Of a stretch of 64,000 nucleotides of DNA, positions 47,364 through 57,748 are shown piece after piece; position 1 is the stretch's first letter, and every line of letters begins with the position of its first letter. Below the pieces are notes generated by a model. The model saw only the letters and a program-made list of their open reading frames with translations, ran no database searches and was not told the DNA's origin. Origin of the DNA: an uncultured Clostridia bacterium (GTDB taxonomy: Bacteria > Bacillota > Clostridia > Christensenellales > UBA1242). Both the position numbers and the translations under genes were made by a program. The stretch spans positions 122,504 to 186,503 of the forward strand of contig CANBAL010000001.1 of the NCBI GenBank assembly GCA_947366545.1, given 5' to 3'.

Positions 47364-49868
47364 ATGGAAAAATTTGAAAACAAAAAGCCTTTGAGTGAAT
47401 TATTCAAAGATGAAAAAATTGAAAAAAGAGACACTTCACAGGAACTTAAACATTCCTTTATCTCCTATGCCATGGCGGTGAACGTATCTCGTGCCATACC
47501 TGATGTACGAGATGGCTTAAAGCCAGTACACAGAAGAATTCTTTTCAGTATGGGTGAAATGAACAACTTCTACGACAAGCCAACCAAAAAGAGTGCAAGA
47601 ATTGTCGGCGAAGTTATGGGTAAGTATCACCCTCATGGTGACAGTTCTGTTTATGATGCTATGGTAAGACTTGCACAGGACTTCTCCATTCGCTATCCTC
47701 TTGTAGACGGACAGGGAAACTTTGGCTCTGTCGACGGTGACCCTCCTGCTGCTCAGCGTTACACCGAGGCGCGCCTAAGTAAAATCGCCGCCCTTATGCT
47801 TGAAGATATAGACAAGGAAACTGTAGACTTTTATCCAAACTTTGATAATACACTCATGCAGCCAGTGGTACTGCCAGCAAAGATACCTAATCTGCTTATA
47901 AATGGTGCAGACGGAATTGCAGTTGGTATGGCGACTAATATTCCTCCTCACAACTTAAAAGAGGTTTTAAATGGCTTACAAGCCCTTATAGACAATCCAG
48001 ATATTGATATTGACGAACTTATCAAATACATTCCAGCACCCGACTTTCCTACTGGCGGAATTATCATGGGAAGAAGTGCTGTAAAACACGCATATAAAAC
48101 TGGCCGAGGCGGAATTGTTGTACGCGGTAAAGCTGAAATTGAAGAACTTAATAACGGCAGAACTCGCATTGTCATCACCGAACTTCCTTATATGGTAAAT
48201 AAAGCACAATTCATTGTGCAAATGGCAGACCTTGTAAAGAATAAGAAACTTGACGGCATAAGCGATATTCGCGAGGAAAGTGACCGCGAAGGTATGCGTA
48301 TTGTTGTAGATATCAAAAAGGACGCTAACGCACAAGTGGTGCTTAACTCTCTTTATAAACACACCCTTCTTCAAAAAGGAAGCGGAATTATCTTCCTTGC
48401 ACTTGTAAATAATCAACCACGCATTCTCAACCTTAAAGAAATGCTTTACTACTATCTTGAACATCAGAAAGAGGTACTTGTTAGAAAAACTCAATTCGAC
48501 CTTAAGAAAGCAGAAGAGCGTGAACATATTGTAAAAGGCCTTGTTATTGCACTTGCAAATATTGACGAGGTTATTAGAATTATTAAAGCATCCGAGGACA
48601 AACAAGATGCGGCAAGTAAACTTATGGAAAGCTTTGAACTTGACGAAATACAAGTAAATGCAATCTTAGAGATGAAACTTTCAAAACTTACAAGTTTGGA
48701 AGTAGAAAAACTCAATGAAGAATTACGCGAACTTGACGCATTAATCGCCGATTATAAAGACATTCTTGCAAAACCTGAAAGAGTGCTTAAAATCCTTCGT
48801 GACAACTTTGAAGAAATCAAAAATCAATATGGTGACGCAAGAAAGACTGAAATCAGCCTAGAGGCAGGCGGAATTGATATTGCTGATCTTATTGAAAAAG
48901 AAAATGTTGTAATTTCTATGACACATGAAGGCTATATCAAGCGTATGTCTACAAGCGAATACAAATCACAAAACCGTGGTGGAGTTGGCGTCACTGCACA
49001 CAAAACCAAGGATGAGGACTTTGTAGAACGTATGTTTATCACTTGCACCCACAACGACCTTCTATTCTTCACCAACATGGGAAAGGTATACAGCATAAAG
49101 GCCTATGAAGTGCCAGAAGCACAGAGAACTGCAAAAGGCCGTGCAATTATCAACTTGCTACAACTCTCCCCTGACGAAAAAGTAACCACCATTATTCCTC
49201 TTGAAGAAAACAGCACCGGAAATCTTATCATGGCAACAAAATATGGTCTTATTAAGAAAACAATCCTTAATGAATTTGCTTCTATAAGAAAGGTAGGGAA
49301 AATTGCAATCAAACTTGTTGAAGGCGACGCACTTATCGGTGTTGAAGTTTCAAGTGGCGAAGATGAAATCTTAGTGGCAAGTCATGACGGCAAATGTATA
49401 AGATTTGCTGAAGCAGATGTTCGCTCTGTCGGCAGAGATAGCCAAGGCGTAAGAAGTATGAAACTCACCGGTGATGACTATATTGTAGACATGAGCGTAA
49501 TAAAACCAAATAGCGAAATGATAACAATAACCGAACATGGCTATGGCAAGCGTAGTAGCGTAGATGACTATAGACTCCAGTCTCGTGGCGGTATGGGTGT
49601 TAAGGCCGGCGTATTCAATGAAAAAACTGGTAAGCTTATTGCATTAAAACAAGTGGTAGATAACTGCGATATCATGCTTATAGCAGATAACGGAATTATT
49701 ATTAGAACACCACTTGAACAAATCAGCAAACTTTCAAGAGTAAGTCAGGGCGTGCGTATCATGAAACTTAGGGAGGATGCAAAAATAGTTGCCGTTGCCC
49801 TCACTGAAAAAGAGCCAGAGGAACCAACTGAAGAACTTGCTGAAGAAGGTACCTTAGCAGAAGAATAA
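47364..49868 (+). CDS. gyrA: DNA gyrase subunit A
   Basis: 834 aa with [21 protein letters not shown], the catalytic [10 protein letters not shown] and C-terminal beta-pinwheel repeats. Confidence 0.97.
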   Translation: MEKFENKKPLSELFKDEKIEKRDTSQELKHSFISYAMAVNVSRAIPDVRDGLKPVHRRILFSMGEMNNFYDKPTKKSARIVGEVMGKYHPHGDSSVYDAMVRLAQDFSIRYPLVDGQGNFGSVDGDPPAAQRYTEARLSKIAALMLEDIDKETVDFYPNFDNTLMQPVVLPAKIPNLLINGADGIAVGMATNIPPHNLKEVLNGLQALIDNPDIDIDELIKYIPAPDFPTGGIIMGRSAVKHAYKTGRGGIVVRGKAEIEELNNGRTRIVITELPYMVNKAQFIVQMADLVKNKKLDGISDIREESDREGMRIVVDIKKDANAQVVLNSLYKHTLLQKGSGIIFLALVNNQPRILNLKEMLYYYLEHQKEVLVRKTQFDLKKAEEREHIVKGLVIALANIDEVIRIIKASEDKQDAASKLMESFELDEIQVNAILEMKLSKLTSLEVEKLNEELRELDALIADYKDILAKPERVLKILRDNFEEIKNQYGDARKTEISLEAGGIDIADLIEKENVVISMTHEGYIKRMSTSEYKSQNRGGVGVTAHKTKDEDFVERMFITCTHNDLLFFTNMGKVYSIKAYEVPEAQRTAKGRAIINLLQLSPDEKVTTIIPLEENSTGNLIMATKYGLIKKTILNEFASIRKVGKIAIKLVEGDALIGVEVSSGEDEILVASHDGKCIRFAEADVRSVGRDSQGVRSMKLTGDDYIVDMSVIKPNSEMITITEHGYGKRSSVDDYRLQSRGGMGVKAGVFNEKTGKLIALKQVVDNCDIMLIADNGIIIRTPLEQISKLSRVSQGVRIMKLREDAKIVAVALTEKEPEEPTEELAEEGTLAEE

Positions 49869-49871
49869 AAT

Positions 49872-49901
49872 AAAAGGGATGTAATCTCACATCCTTTTTT
49901 C
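49872..49901 (+). terminator. Rho-independent terminator after gyrA
   Basis: Stem AAAGGGATGT/ACATCCTTT followed by a T-run. Confidence 0.75.
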
Positions 49902-49964
49902 TTTTTTATTGCTTTTTTTGTTAAATTATGGTATAATATGCTCGAAATTTTTAGGGAGGGCAAG

Positions 49965-52064
49965 ATGGATAAGGAAGAGCAAAAGTACTTCAATAGTACC
50001 ATTGAGATACTAAACAATGATATAAACAGGACTAGAAAAAAGATAAATGAGGTGGACGAAGAATTTGTTATGGCAAAAAAGGACCTTGCCGACAACTTTT
50101 ATGAAATCACCAGAGGTCATGCCGATGACCCTACTTCAAATGCCGATGACCTTTCCAACCACTATGCCCTTCTCAACCAAATGGAAGAACTCAGTGTCGA
50201 CCTACGAAATCGATTAAAAGGACTGCAAGCACAAAAGAAAAGCCCATATTTTTCTAGAATTGACTTTCTTACAAAGGGCAAAACTGAAAAGATATACATA
50301 GGTCTCTCAAATCTTATGGATAAGGACAATATTATCGTATATGACTGGCGCGCACCTATTTCTTCTATGTATTATGATTATGAACTTGGGGCAGCATCTT
50401 ATAAGGTGGGCAAAAGCACCTTTAAGGGAGAAATTACATTAAAACGCCAATTCAAAATTGAAAACGAAACTTTGCTTTCATATTTTGATACCAGTCTTAC
50501 AATTCAAGACGACATTCTCCAAGAGGTATTAAGTAAAAACTCCTCTGCCAAAATGAAACAGATTGTTTCTTCCATCCAAAAGGAACAAAACTATATTGTG
50601 CGTACTGAGGAATTTGATAATCTGCTCGTGCAAGGCGTGGCAGGAAGTGGAAAAACCTCAATAGCCCTGCATAGAGCCGCCTACCTTCTTTACAGCCATC
50701 GTGGCACTTTAAAGAGTAATGACATCCTTATTATGTCGCCTAACAACATATTTTCAAGTTATATCAGCGAGGTACTCCCACAGCTCGGTGAAGAAAACTT
50801 AGTTGAAACTTCCTATGAGCAAATTGCCCGAATGGAACTAAGAAAACCTATAGAGTCAAGAGAAGCCCTACTTGATAGAATTGCATCAAATCCCACCCAA
50901 GAAGAACTTAATGAAATTTCTTTCAAAAGCAGTTTTGAATATATGGGAGAACTTATTAAATTTCTTCGTGGCGACTTCCTTAACACCTTCACCCCTCAAA
51001 CCCTATCCTTTGTTGTAGGTGTAAAAAAGAGCGAAGATGATAGCGAAGAAAAGATCGAAGAAATCTTCCCTGCCGAAACAACCAGCAAGCTTTTCTTTTC
51101 CACCTTCAAAAATATGACTATAGCAGAGAGAATCAATAAAATTGCATGGCAATATGCAATGTACTTCACGAAAAAGCGACATTATAATAAAGAACAAAAT
51201 CGCGGGCTTAAGGAAAGATTTAAATCGCTTCTCTACAATTTCCTTCCAATTAAAGATATTTTTAAAATTTTTGAGATTTTTGTCACTAGAATGGGTTTAA
51301 AAACCACCAATGATGAAACAGTGTGCTATATGGACAAAGGGGCCCTTCTTATAATTAAAAACTATATTTATGGATTAAGCCATGATTTTAGTGCGAAATA
51401 TTTGATTATTGATGAAATGCAAGATTTTTCGCCAGTAGATTTGTTTATCTTCAAAAAAATGTGGAACTGCCCTAGCATAGTACTTGGCGATATCAATCAG
51501 TGCATAGAGAAAACACTTTCTCCTGACTACCTGCAAGAAATGTCTGACTTTTTAGGCACCAAACTTTTAGAACTGAAAAAGACTTACCGCTCAACAAAGG
51601 AGATTGCTAAGTTTGCACATGATATGATTGGCTTGCAAGGCGTAGAATATGTTAATAGAAGTGGACAGGAGCCAAGGCTTTATGCCACCGAAGATGTTGC
51701 AGCAGCAATTCAAAAGATAATAGAAAACGAATGTAAGGATTTCGCACATATCGCAATTATATGTAAATGCCAAAGCGAACTCGACAAACTTGCCACAAAA
51801 CTTAAAGGTAAAATAGATTTTAAAGAACTAGTCGAACCTGAGGACTATAATAATAAAGTGCTTCTTACCACATGTGCCACCGCGAAAGGTATTGAGTTTG
51901 ACTGTGTTATCATTCCATATGCCGATAAGGATAACTATAGAAACAGCCTAGATAAGAATATATTATATGTTTCTTCAACAAGGGCACTACATAAACTCTT
52001 TTTCATAGCAGAAAAAGAGCAGACGAAATTTTTAAAAGATATAAAAGATATACAAAATTTATAA
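49965..52064 (+). CDS. helD: HelD-like (helicase IV / UvrD-family) RNA polymerase-associated helicase
   Basis: I set the start at MDKEEQKYF, which has an AGGGAGGG SD; the tracked ATG at 49938 abuts the -10 element TGGTATAAT. Motifs include PYFSRIDF, VYDWRAPISS, VQGVAGSGKTS and IIDEMQD. Confidence 0.78.
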   Translation: MDKEEQKYFNSTIEILNNDINRTRKKINEVDEEFVMAKKDLADNFYEITRGHADDPTSNADDLSNHYALLNQMEELSVDLRNRLKGLQAQKKSPYFSRIDFLTKGKTEKIYIGLSNLMDKDNIIVYDWRAPISSMYYDYELGAASYKVGKSTFKGEITLKRQFKIENETLLSYFDTSLTIQDDILQEVLSKNSSAKMKQIVSSIQKEQNYIVRTEEFDNLLVQGVAGSGKTSIALHRAAYLLYSHRGTLKSNDILIMSPNNIFSSYISEVLPQLGEENLVETSYEQIARMELRKPIESREALLDRIASNPTQEELNEISFKSSFEYMGELIKFLRGDFLNTFTPQTLSFVVGVKKSEDDSEEKIEEIFPAETTSKLFFSTFKNMTIAERINKIAWQYAMYFTKKRHYNKEQNRGLKERFKSLLYNFLPIKDIFKIFEIFVTRMGLKTTNDETVCYMDKGALLIIKNYIYGLSHDFSAKYLIIDEMQDFSPVDLFIFKKMWNCPSIVLGDINQCIEKTLSPDYLQEMSDFLGTKLLELKKTYRSTKEIAKFAHDMIGLQGVEYVNRSGQEPRLYATEDVAAAIQKIIENECKDFAHIAIICKCQSELDKLATKLKGKIDFKELVEPEDYNNKVLLTTCATAKGIEFDCVIIPYADKDNYRNSLDKNILYVSSTRALHKLFFIAEKEQTKFLKDIKDIQNL

Positions 52065-52165
52065 ATGTAAATTTATTCATTTTAAACAAATAAACATGGC
52101 AAATTTGTTTAACAAATTGGAATAACCAAATAGACTTTTTGCAAAAAGTTTAAATGCAAATAAAT

Positions 52166-52360
52166 AAATCCACATTAAATAAAAAACAAAAAGCTAAAAA
52201 ACACCTAATTCTTGCCATATTACAAATTTTAGGTGTGGAAATGTGGATAACTTCGGTGTTTTTGTCCACATATGCACCAATATTCAACATTTTGCATAAA
52301 AATAAACGCAAATGTATAAATATTTATTTGTGGAAATGTGGATAACTGAAATGTGGATAA
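52166..52360. promoter_or_regulatory. DnaA-box cluster (candidate oriC element or DnaA-binding regulatory region)
   Basis: TGTGGATAA (reverse complement of TTATCCACA) occurs at 52242-52250, 52337-52345 and 52352-52360. TTGTCCACA lies at 52262-52270. Weaker boxes lie at 52166, 52234 and 52329. The 19-nt repeat TGTGGAAATGTGGATAACT occurs twice. Confidence 0.6.
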
Positions 52361-52386
52361 ACTAGCCTTGTCACACCCTTAATTGC

Positions 52387-52415
52387 TTGACATGGCAGGA
52401 TTTTTCATTTAAAAT
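52387..52415 (+). promoter_or_regulatory. Promoter of hisS
   Basis: TTGACA (52387-52392), 17 nt, TAAAAT (52410-52415). An AAGGAG SD follows. Confidence 0.6.
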
Positions 52416-52441
52416 AAGATATTAAAATATAAGGAGCAAAT

Positions 52442-53752
52442 ATGCAAAATAACAATAAAATCACGCCTCGAAAATTGTCGGGTTTTATGGAACTAATGCC
52501 AGAAAAGCAGATTATCTTTGACAATATGCGTGATAAAATACAAAAAGTATTTTCTAGAAATTGTTTCTCCCCTCTCGATACCCCAGTGTTGGAACTTGCA
52601 AATGTTCTACTTGCAAAATCAGGTGGAGAAATTGATAAAGAAATATATCACTTCTATAAAGGTGACACAGAGGTTGCAATGAGATATGACCTCACCGTGC
52701 CACTTGCACGCTTTGTTGCAATGAATTATGATAAACTCACCTTCCCATTTAAAAGATATCAAATAGGTAAAGTGTACCGCGGAGAAAAGGCACAAAAAGG
52801 GCGATTTAGAGAATTCTATCAATGTGACGCTGATATTATCGGCAATGAACAACTTCCAATTGTTGCAGACGCGGAATGTGTAAACCTTATCTATGAAGTG
52901 TTTAACGAACTCAACTTTGATGTCACAATAAATGTATCAAATAGGAACATTTTGTTTGGACTTGTTGAGAACTTAGGCTATAAAGACTTAACAATGGATG
53001 TCTTAACGGTACTTGACAAACTTCCTAAGATTGGAAAAGATACAGCAAAAGACTGGTTGAAAGAATATGGTTTAAATGAAAACGCTATCAATACATTGAT
53101 TGAAGTTTGCAGTTTGTGCGGCGAAAGCGATTTCATTTTAAACAAAGTATCAGTCCTTGCAAACAATGAGACCTATAACAAAGGCGTAAGCGAACTTAAG
53201 GAACTCTTTGGTTACATTAAAGCCTTCGGCATTACCAATGCTGTACTCAACCTAGGTATCATTCGCGGTCAAAACTATTACACCGGCACAATCTTTGAAA
53301 CATATATGAATGGACACCCTGAATTTGGTGCTATCTGTGCAGGCGGCCGATATGACAACCTTGCCGAGTACTATACCGACAAAAAACTTCCAGGCGTTGG
53401 AATGAGTATTGGTCTTACACGACTTTTCGATCAATTAGATAGTCACAATATGCTTGGTGAAAGCAATCTTAATATCACCGAACTTGAAATTATTCCTCTT
53501 GGTGACACAATAACACACTGCCTTGAACTTAGCACCTATTTCAAAAGCCAAGATATAGTTTGTGAAGTAAACTATGACACCCGCTCTTTCAAAGCAAAAC
53601 TAAGGGAGGCAGATAAAAAGAAAATTCCTTACATTCTTGTTGTGGGAGAAAATGAGGTTGCCTCTGGCACCTATTCACTTAAAGATATGACAAAGGGCGA
53701 ACAATACAACCTAAGCAAAGAAGAGTGCGCGGAAATTATAAAAAACAAATAA
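52442..53752 (+). CDS. hisS: Histidine--tRNA ligase
   Basis: 436 aa with class II motifs (KVYRGEKAQKGRFREFYQCDADIIG and AGGRYDNL) and a C-terminal anticodon-binding domain. Confidence 0.9.
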   Translation: MQNNNKITPRKLSGFMELMPEKQIIFDNMRDKIQKVFSRNCFSPLDTPVLELANVLLAKSGGEIDKEIYHFYKGDTEVAMRYDLTVPLARFVAMNYDKLTFPFKRYQIGKVYRGEKAQKGRFREFYQCDADIIGNEQLPIVADAECVNLIYEVFNELNFDVTINVSNRNILFGLVENLGYKDLTMDVLTVLDKLPKIGKDTAKDWLKEYGLNENAINTLIEVCSLCGESDFILNKVSVLANNETYNKGVSELKELFGYIKAFGITNAVLNLGIIRGQNYYTGTIFETYMNGHPEFGAICAGGRYDNLAEYYTDKKLPGVGMSIGLTRLFDQLDSHNMLGESNLNITELEIIPLGDTITHCLELSTYFKSQDIVCEVNYDTRSFKAKLREADKKKIPYILVVGENEVASGTYSLKDMTKGEQYNLSKEECAEIIKNK

Positions 53753-53767
53753 CCGAATTAAAATGTT

Positions 53768-53806
53768 GAAAAAATGAACTCATAAAATTTGAGTTCATTT
53801 TTTATT
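53768..53806. terminator. Bidirectional terminator
   Basis: Stem ATGAACTCA/TGAGTTCAT flanked by A and T runs, between convergent hisS and the SDR gene. Confidence 0.75.
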
Positions 53807-53821
53807 TCTTAACTTGTTAGA

Positions 53822-54562
53822 CTATCTACTTGCAAGTTTTCCTCCATCTATAACTAAATCAGCTCCTGTTATCCATCCTGCCTTTTCACTTGAAAGATAT
53901 GCTATTGCATTTGCTATGTCTATTGGTGCCCCTATTCCAAAAGGGTAATCTACGCTTTGCTTTTCTAACATGTCTTTATACTGCTGTTCATTCATAACAT
54001 TATTGTGTATGTGAAAACCCGTGTTAACCATTCCTGGCGAAATTATATTTACTCGTATATTATATTTAGCTAAATCTTTTGAAAGCGTTTGAGCAATCAT
54101 ATTTACACCTGCTTTTGCGCAAGAATAGGCAATTGAGCTTCCGCCAGCCGTAGCAGATATTGAAGAAATACACACAATGTTTGCATTTGTTCCTTTTTTT
54201 AGTAATGGCAAAAAAGCCTTTGAAACATAAAAATAACTTGAAAAGTTTGACTTTATTACTTCATCCCATCCCTCAGCAGTAAGAGTTTCTATATTGCCTG
54301 GAATAATGCTTCCCGCATTGTTTACCAAAACATCTACTTTCGAATATTTCTTTTCAACCCGTTCTGCAATCTTTAGCAAAGCGTCATAGTCTGACACATC
54401 ACACTGTAAGAATTCTACCTTTGGCAACTGATTCTTTACCTCTTTAATTTTATCTAAACTCTTAGACAAGCTTATTACCTTTGTGTTTTTCTCCTGTGAA
54501 AAAAGCTTAGCTGTTTCAAATCCAATCCCAGATGTTGCACCTGTAATTAAAATAACCCGCAT
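53822..54562 (-). CDS. Short-chain dehydrogenase/reductase (FabG-like)
   Basis: 246 aa with ITGATSGIG, NNAG and the catalytic YSCAK. Confidence 0.85.
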   Translation of the reverse strand: MRVILITGATSGIGFETAKLFSQEKNTKVISLSKSLDKIKEVKNQLPKVEFLQCDVSDYDALLKIAERVEKKYSKVDVLVNNAGSIIPGNIETLTAEGWDEVIKSNFSSYFYVSKAFLPLLKKGTNANIVCISSISATAGGSSIAYSCAKAGVNMIAQTLSKDLAKYNIRVNIISPGMVNTGFHIHNNVMNEQQYKDMLEKQSVDYPFGIGAPIDIANAIAYLSSEKAGWITGADLVIDGGKLASR

Positions 54563-54675
54563 TTACATCCTCCCTATATTTTGATTATAACATATTCTCT
54601 AATAACTTGTATAATTTTTTAATATATAAAACTGTTTTTTGTTAAAATTTAATGTAAATATGGTATAATAGTATC

Positions 54676-56490
54676 GTGAATAACCGCATTAAAGAAAAAA
54701 TTAAACTACTTCCCAACAAAAGTGGCGTATACATCATGAAAGATTGTAGCGGCACTGTCATTTATGTTGGCAAGGCAAAGGTGTTGAAAAATAGAGTAAG
54801 CCAATATTTCCGCAATTCCCCTAAGCCAAGCAAGGTACAAGCCATGGTGGACAGTGTGGACGATTTTGAATACTTTATAACCATGAGTGAAATGGACGCC
54901 CTTGCACTTGAAAGCAACTTAATAAAAAAGTATCAACCCTTCTATAACATTCTACTTAAAGATGGCAAGCAGTTTCCATATATAAAAATAAACATGAAAG
55001 AGCCTTACCCAAAACTTGAAATAGTACGAAAGGTTAAAAAAGACGGGGCGAAATACTTTGGCCCATATTTTGCTGGGCTTGATGCAAGAGAAATAATAAA
55101 AACAATTAACGCAGCCTTCAAACTTCGCACTTGCAATCAAAAGATAACTGCAACCTCTATGGCGAAAAGAGAATGCTTAAATTATAGCCTTGGACTTTGC
55201 AGCGGGGCTTGCACCAAACAAATTTCGCCTAGCGATTATGCAAAGGAAATCGATAAGGTAATCAACTTTTTAAATGGAAATGATGATGAAATTGAAGAAA
55301 TTCTTAAAAATAAAATGGAAATTGCCTCACAAAATGAAAATTATGAAAGCGCACTAATCTATCGCGATAGGTTAAAAATGATTTCAAAACTTAAACAAAG
55401 AATTGTCGCAAACCTTCCAAAGAATGTCAATAAAAATATTTTTGCCTATCAAACAAATGGACTTTCTGGCGTGATAACAAGCATGGTTGTACGCGGTGGA
55501 AAAATTCTCGGTGTAATGAACTACGCCTATAATGACGCCGAACTTGAGGAAAAAGAAACCTTGTTCAACTTCTTAATTCAATATTACCAAAATGTACTTG
55601 TACCAGATGAAATAGTTTTAAGTCATGAAATAGACAATCCGCAGTTGCTGCTAGACTATATAGGAAAGAAAGCAAGCATCATAACAAACCCGCATGGTAT
55701 AAATAAAAAACTTTTAGATATGGCGAAAGACAATGCAAACGATTACCTTGAAAAACATATTGAGAAAGAAAAAATAAAATATAACAACACTTTTGGTGCA
55801 CTAAAATTATTACAAGAAAAACTACATTTAAACAACTTTCCTCATCGTATGGAATGTTACGATATTTCCAATATCAGCGGAACAAACAAAGTATGCTCCA
55901 TGGTAGTATTTATCAATGGTGAGCCATCTAAGAAAAACTATAGAAAATTTAAGATAAAATATGTAAAGGGCTCAAACGACTTTGCTTCACTGCAAGAGGC
56001 CTTAACAAGAAGGCTTACCCGACTTAAAAATGCGGACGGCGAAAGTTTTAAGGAAAAGCCCGACTTACTCATCATAGACGGTGGCAAGGGACAACTTTCT
56101 TCTTGTTATGAAATTTTGCAAAATAGTGGCATAACTGGAATTGATATGATAAGCCTTGCCAAGCGTATTGAAGAAGTGTTTAAACCTGACTCAAATATTC
56201 CGACCCTGCTTAAACCTGCAAGTGCGGAGTTACGCTTACTGCAACGCATTCGAGATGAGGCACACCGTTTTGCAATCACCTTCCATAGAGAGTTAAGAAC
56301 GCAAAAGCAAACTCATAGTGCTCTTGACGATATCAAAGGACTTGGAGACAAGAAAAAACAAGCACTGCTTGACGCATTTGAAAATATTGACAATATAAAA
56401 AATGCGTCAATCGATGAACTAATTATAGTTAAAGGAATACACATGGCTCTTGCACAAACTATATATAATCATTTTCATAACGATAACTGA
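54676..56490 (+). CDS. uvrC: Excinuclease ABC subunit C
   Basis: 604 aa with a GIY-YIG N-terminus (SGVYIMKD..GTVIYVGKAKVLKNRVSQYF), a UvrBC domain and a C-terminal (HhH)2. It has a GTG start and a TGA stop. Confidence 0.93.
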   Translation: MNNRIKEKIKLLPNKSGVYIMKDCSGTVIYVGKAKVLKNRVSQYFRNSPKPSKVQAMVDSVDDFEYFITMSEMDALALESNLIKKYQPFYNILLKDGKQFPYIKINMKEPYPKLEIVRKVKKDGAKYFGPYFAGLDAREIIKTINAAFKLRTCNQKITATSMAKRECLNYSLGLCSGACTKQISPSDYAKEIDKVINFLNGNDDEIEEILKNKMEIASQNENYESALIYRDRLKMISKLKQRIVANLPKNVNKNIFAYQTNGLSGVITSMVVRGGKILGVMNYAYNDAELEEKETLFNFLIQYYQNVLVPDEIVLSHEIDNPQLLLDYIGKKASIITNPHGINKKLLDMAKDNANDYLEKHIEKEKIKYNNTFGALKLLQEKLHLNNFPHRMECYDISNISGTNKVCSMVVFINGEPSKKNYRKFKIKYVKGSNDFASLQEALTRRLTRLKNADGESFKEKPDLLIIDGGKGQLSSCYEILQNSGITGIDMISLAKRIEEVFKPDSNIPTLLKPASAELRLLQRIRDEAHRFAITFHRELRTQKQTHSALDDIKGLGDKKKQALLDAFENIDNIKNASIDELIIVKGIHMALAQTIYNHFHNDN

Positions 56491-56553
56491 TGTATTTTGT
56501 TTTGAATTTTTGGAGAAAAAATATATACTTAACTTATAAAAGGAGATAAATAT

Positions 56554-57696
56554 ATGAATAAAATCACAATGGTACAATATGGATGCGGCAAGATGAGCAA
56601 GTACACAATGCGTTACGCACTTGAGAAAGGAATTAAACTTATTGGTGCTTTCGACATTGACCCAAACAAAATTGGCAAGGATGCTGGACTTTTACACGGC
56701 GACAAGAAGTACAATGTCAAAGTGCAAGATGCCAAAGAATTTGAAGCATTCCTTGAAAATCATGAGGTTGATGTTGCAATCGTAACAACCACAAGTCTTA
56801 TGAGCGAACTTGAAGATGTGCTTACAATTTGTGCTGAATATGGTGTAAACGCTATCACCACCTGCGAAGAAGCTTTCTATCCACAAAACAGCAATCCAAA
56901 AGTATTCAAGAAAATCAACAAACTTGCTGAGGAAAGTGGTGCAACCATTTGCGGCAGCGGATATCAAGATGTTTTCTGGGGCAACCTTATCAGCGTGCTT
57001 GCTGGTGCAACACATAAAATCACCAAAATTGTTGGAAAATCAAGTTATAATGTAGAGGACTATGGTATTGCTCTTGCAAGAGTACATGGTGCAGGACTTA
57101 CTAAAAAGAAATTCCAAGAGGAAATTGCTTCAGCAGATAATATCACTCCGGAAGAGAGAAAGAAAATCATCAATAAAGGACAATTTGCCCCAAGCTATAT
57201 GTGGAATGTAAATGGATGGCTTGCAAGCAAACTTGGGCTTCATGTAACAAAGCAGGTACAAGAATGCGTACCACAAATAGCAAAAAATGACCTCAAGAGT
57301 GAAACCCTTGGCATGGTTATTCCAAAAGGCAGATGTACAGGTATGAGTGCAGTTGTTACTACAGAGACTAAAGAAGGCATCACAATTCAAAGTGAATGCA
57401 TTGGAAAAGTCTATGATCAAGATGAATTCGACTGCAATAATTGGAAGATTATCGGCGAGCCAAATACAGAAGTGATTATCAACCGCCCTTCTACAGTAGA
57501 ACTTACTTGCGCAAGCGTCATCAACAGAATTCCAGAAGTGCTTTGCGCACCAGCAGGATACTTCACCACAGACATGATGCCAGAAAACTACTATAAAGCA
57601 CAAAACCTTGATAAGTATGTTGAACTTGCTTGTGACTGTGGTTGTGGACTCGAAGATTGTGAGCATGAACACTGCCATGGAGATTGTCATCACTAA
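56554..57696 (+). CDS. DapB-N-like NAD(P)-binding oxidoreductase (amine-dehydrogenase-like) with a Cys/His-rich C-terminal tail
   Basis: 380 aa. The N-terminal Rossmann segment reads VQYGCGKMSKY..RYALEKG..L.GAFDIDP. The tail reads ACDCGCGLEDCEHEHCHGDCHH. Confidence 0.6.
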   Translation: MNKITMVQYGCGKMSKYTMRYALEKGIKLIGAFDIDPNKIGKDAGLLHGDKKYNVKVQDAKEFEAFLENHEVDVAIVTTTSLMSELEDVLTICAEYGVNAITTCEEAFYPQNSNPKVFKKINKLAEESGATICGSGYQDVFWGNLISVLAGATHKITKIVGKSSYNVEDYGIALARVHGAGLTKKKFQEEIASADNITPEERKKIINKGQFAPSYMWNVNGWLASKLGLHVTKQVQECVPQIAKNDLKSETLGMVIPKGRCTGMSAVVTTETKEGITIQSECIGKVYDQDEFDCNNWKIIGEPNTEVIINRPSTVELTCASVINRIPEVLCAPAGYFTTDMMPENYYKAQNLDKYVELACDCGCGLEDCEHEHCHGDCHH

Positions 57697-57748
57697 GATC
57701 GGCAGTATACGAGTCATAATTGAATAGACAACGGAGGGACAAAATATA

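Noticed and set aside
47976-48653. A 225-aa minus-strand ORF inside gyrA. Similar antisense ORFs lie at 14545-15123 (in pgk), 61146-61754 (in ppdK), 11209-11697 (in the HAD gene and recR), and 37195-37785 and 34645-35106 (in the 1329-aa gene).
   Set aside because: All lie antisense to genes with unmistakable motifs or strong signals. They lack an SD and have low-complexity S/F/C/L-rich translations, so I treat them as frame artefacts of compositional bias.
52154-52345. A 63-aa plus-strand ORF in the helD-hisS spacer.
   Set aside because: It has no SD and an implausible composition. It is made up largely of the DnaA-box repeats themselves, so the region is better explained as a non-coding protein-binding site.
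52065-52441. A possible T-box riboswitch leader upstream of hisS, given the long 377-nt spacer.
   Set aside because: I find no T-box consensus (AAnnnGGGTGGTACCGCG), specifier hairpin or terminator/antiterminator pair. The hisS promoter lies only about 27 nt upstream of the SD.
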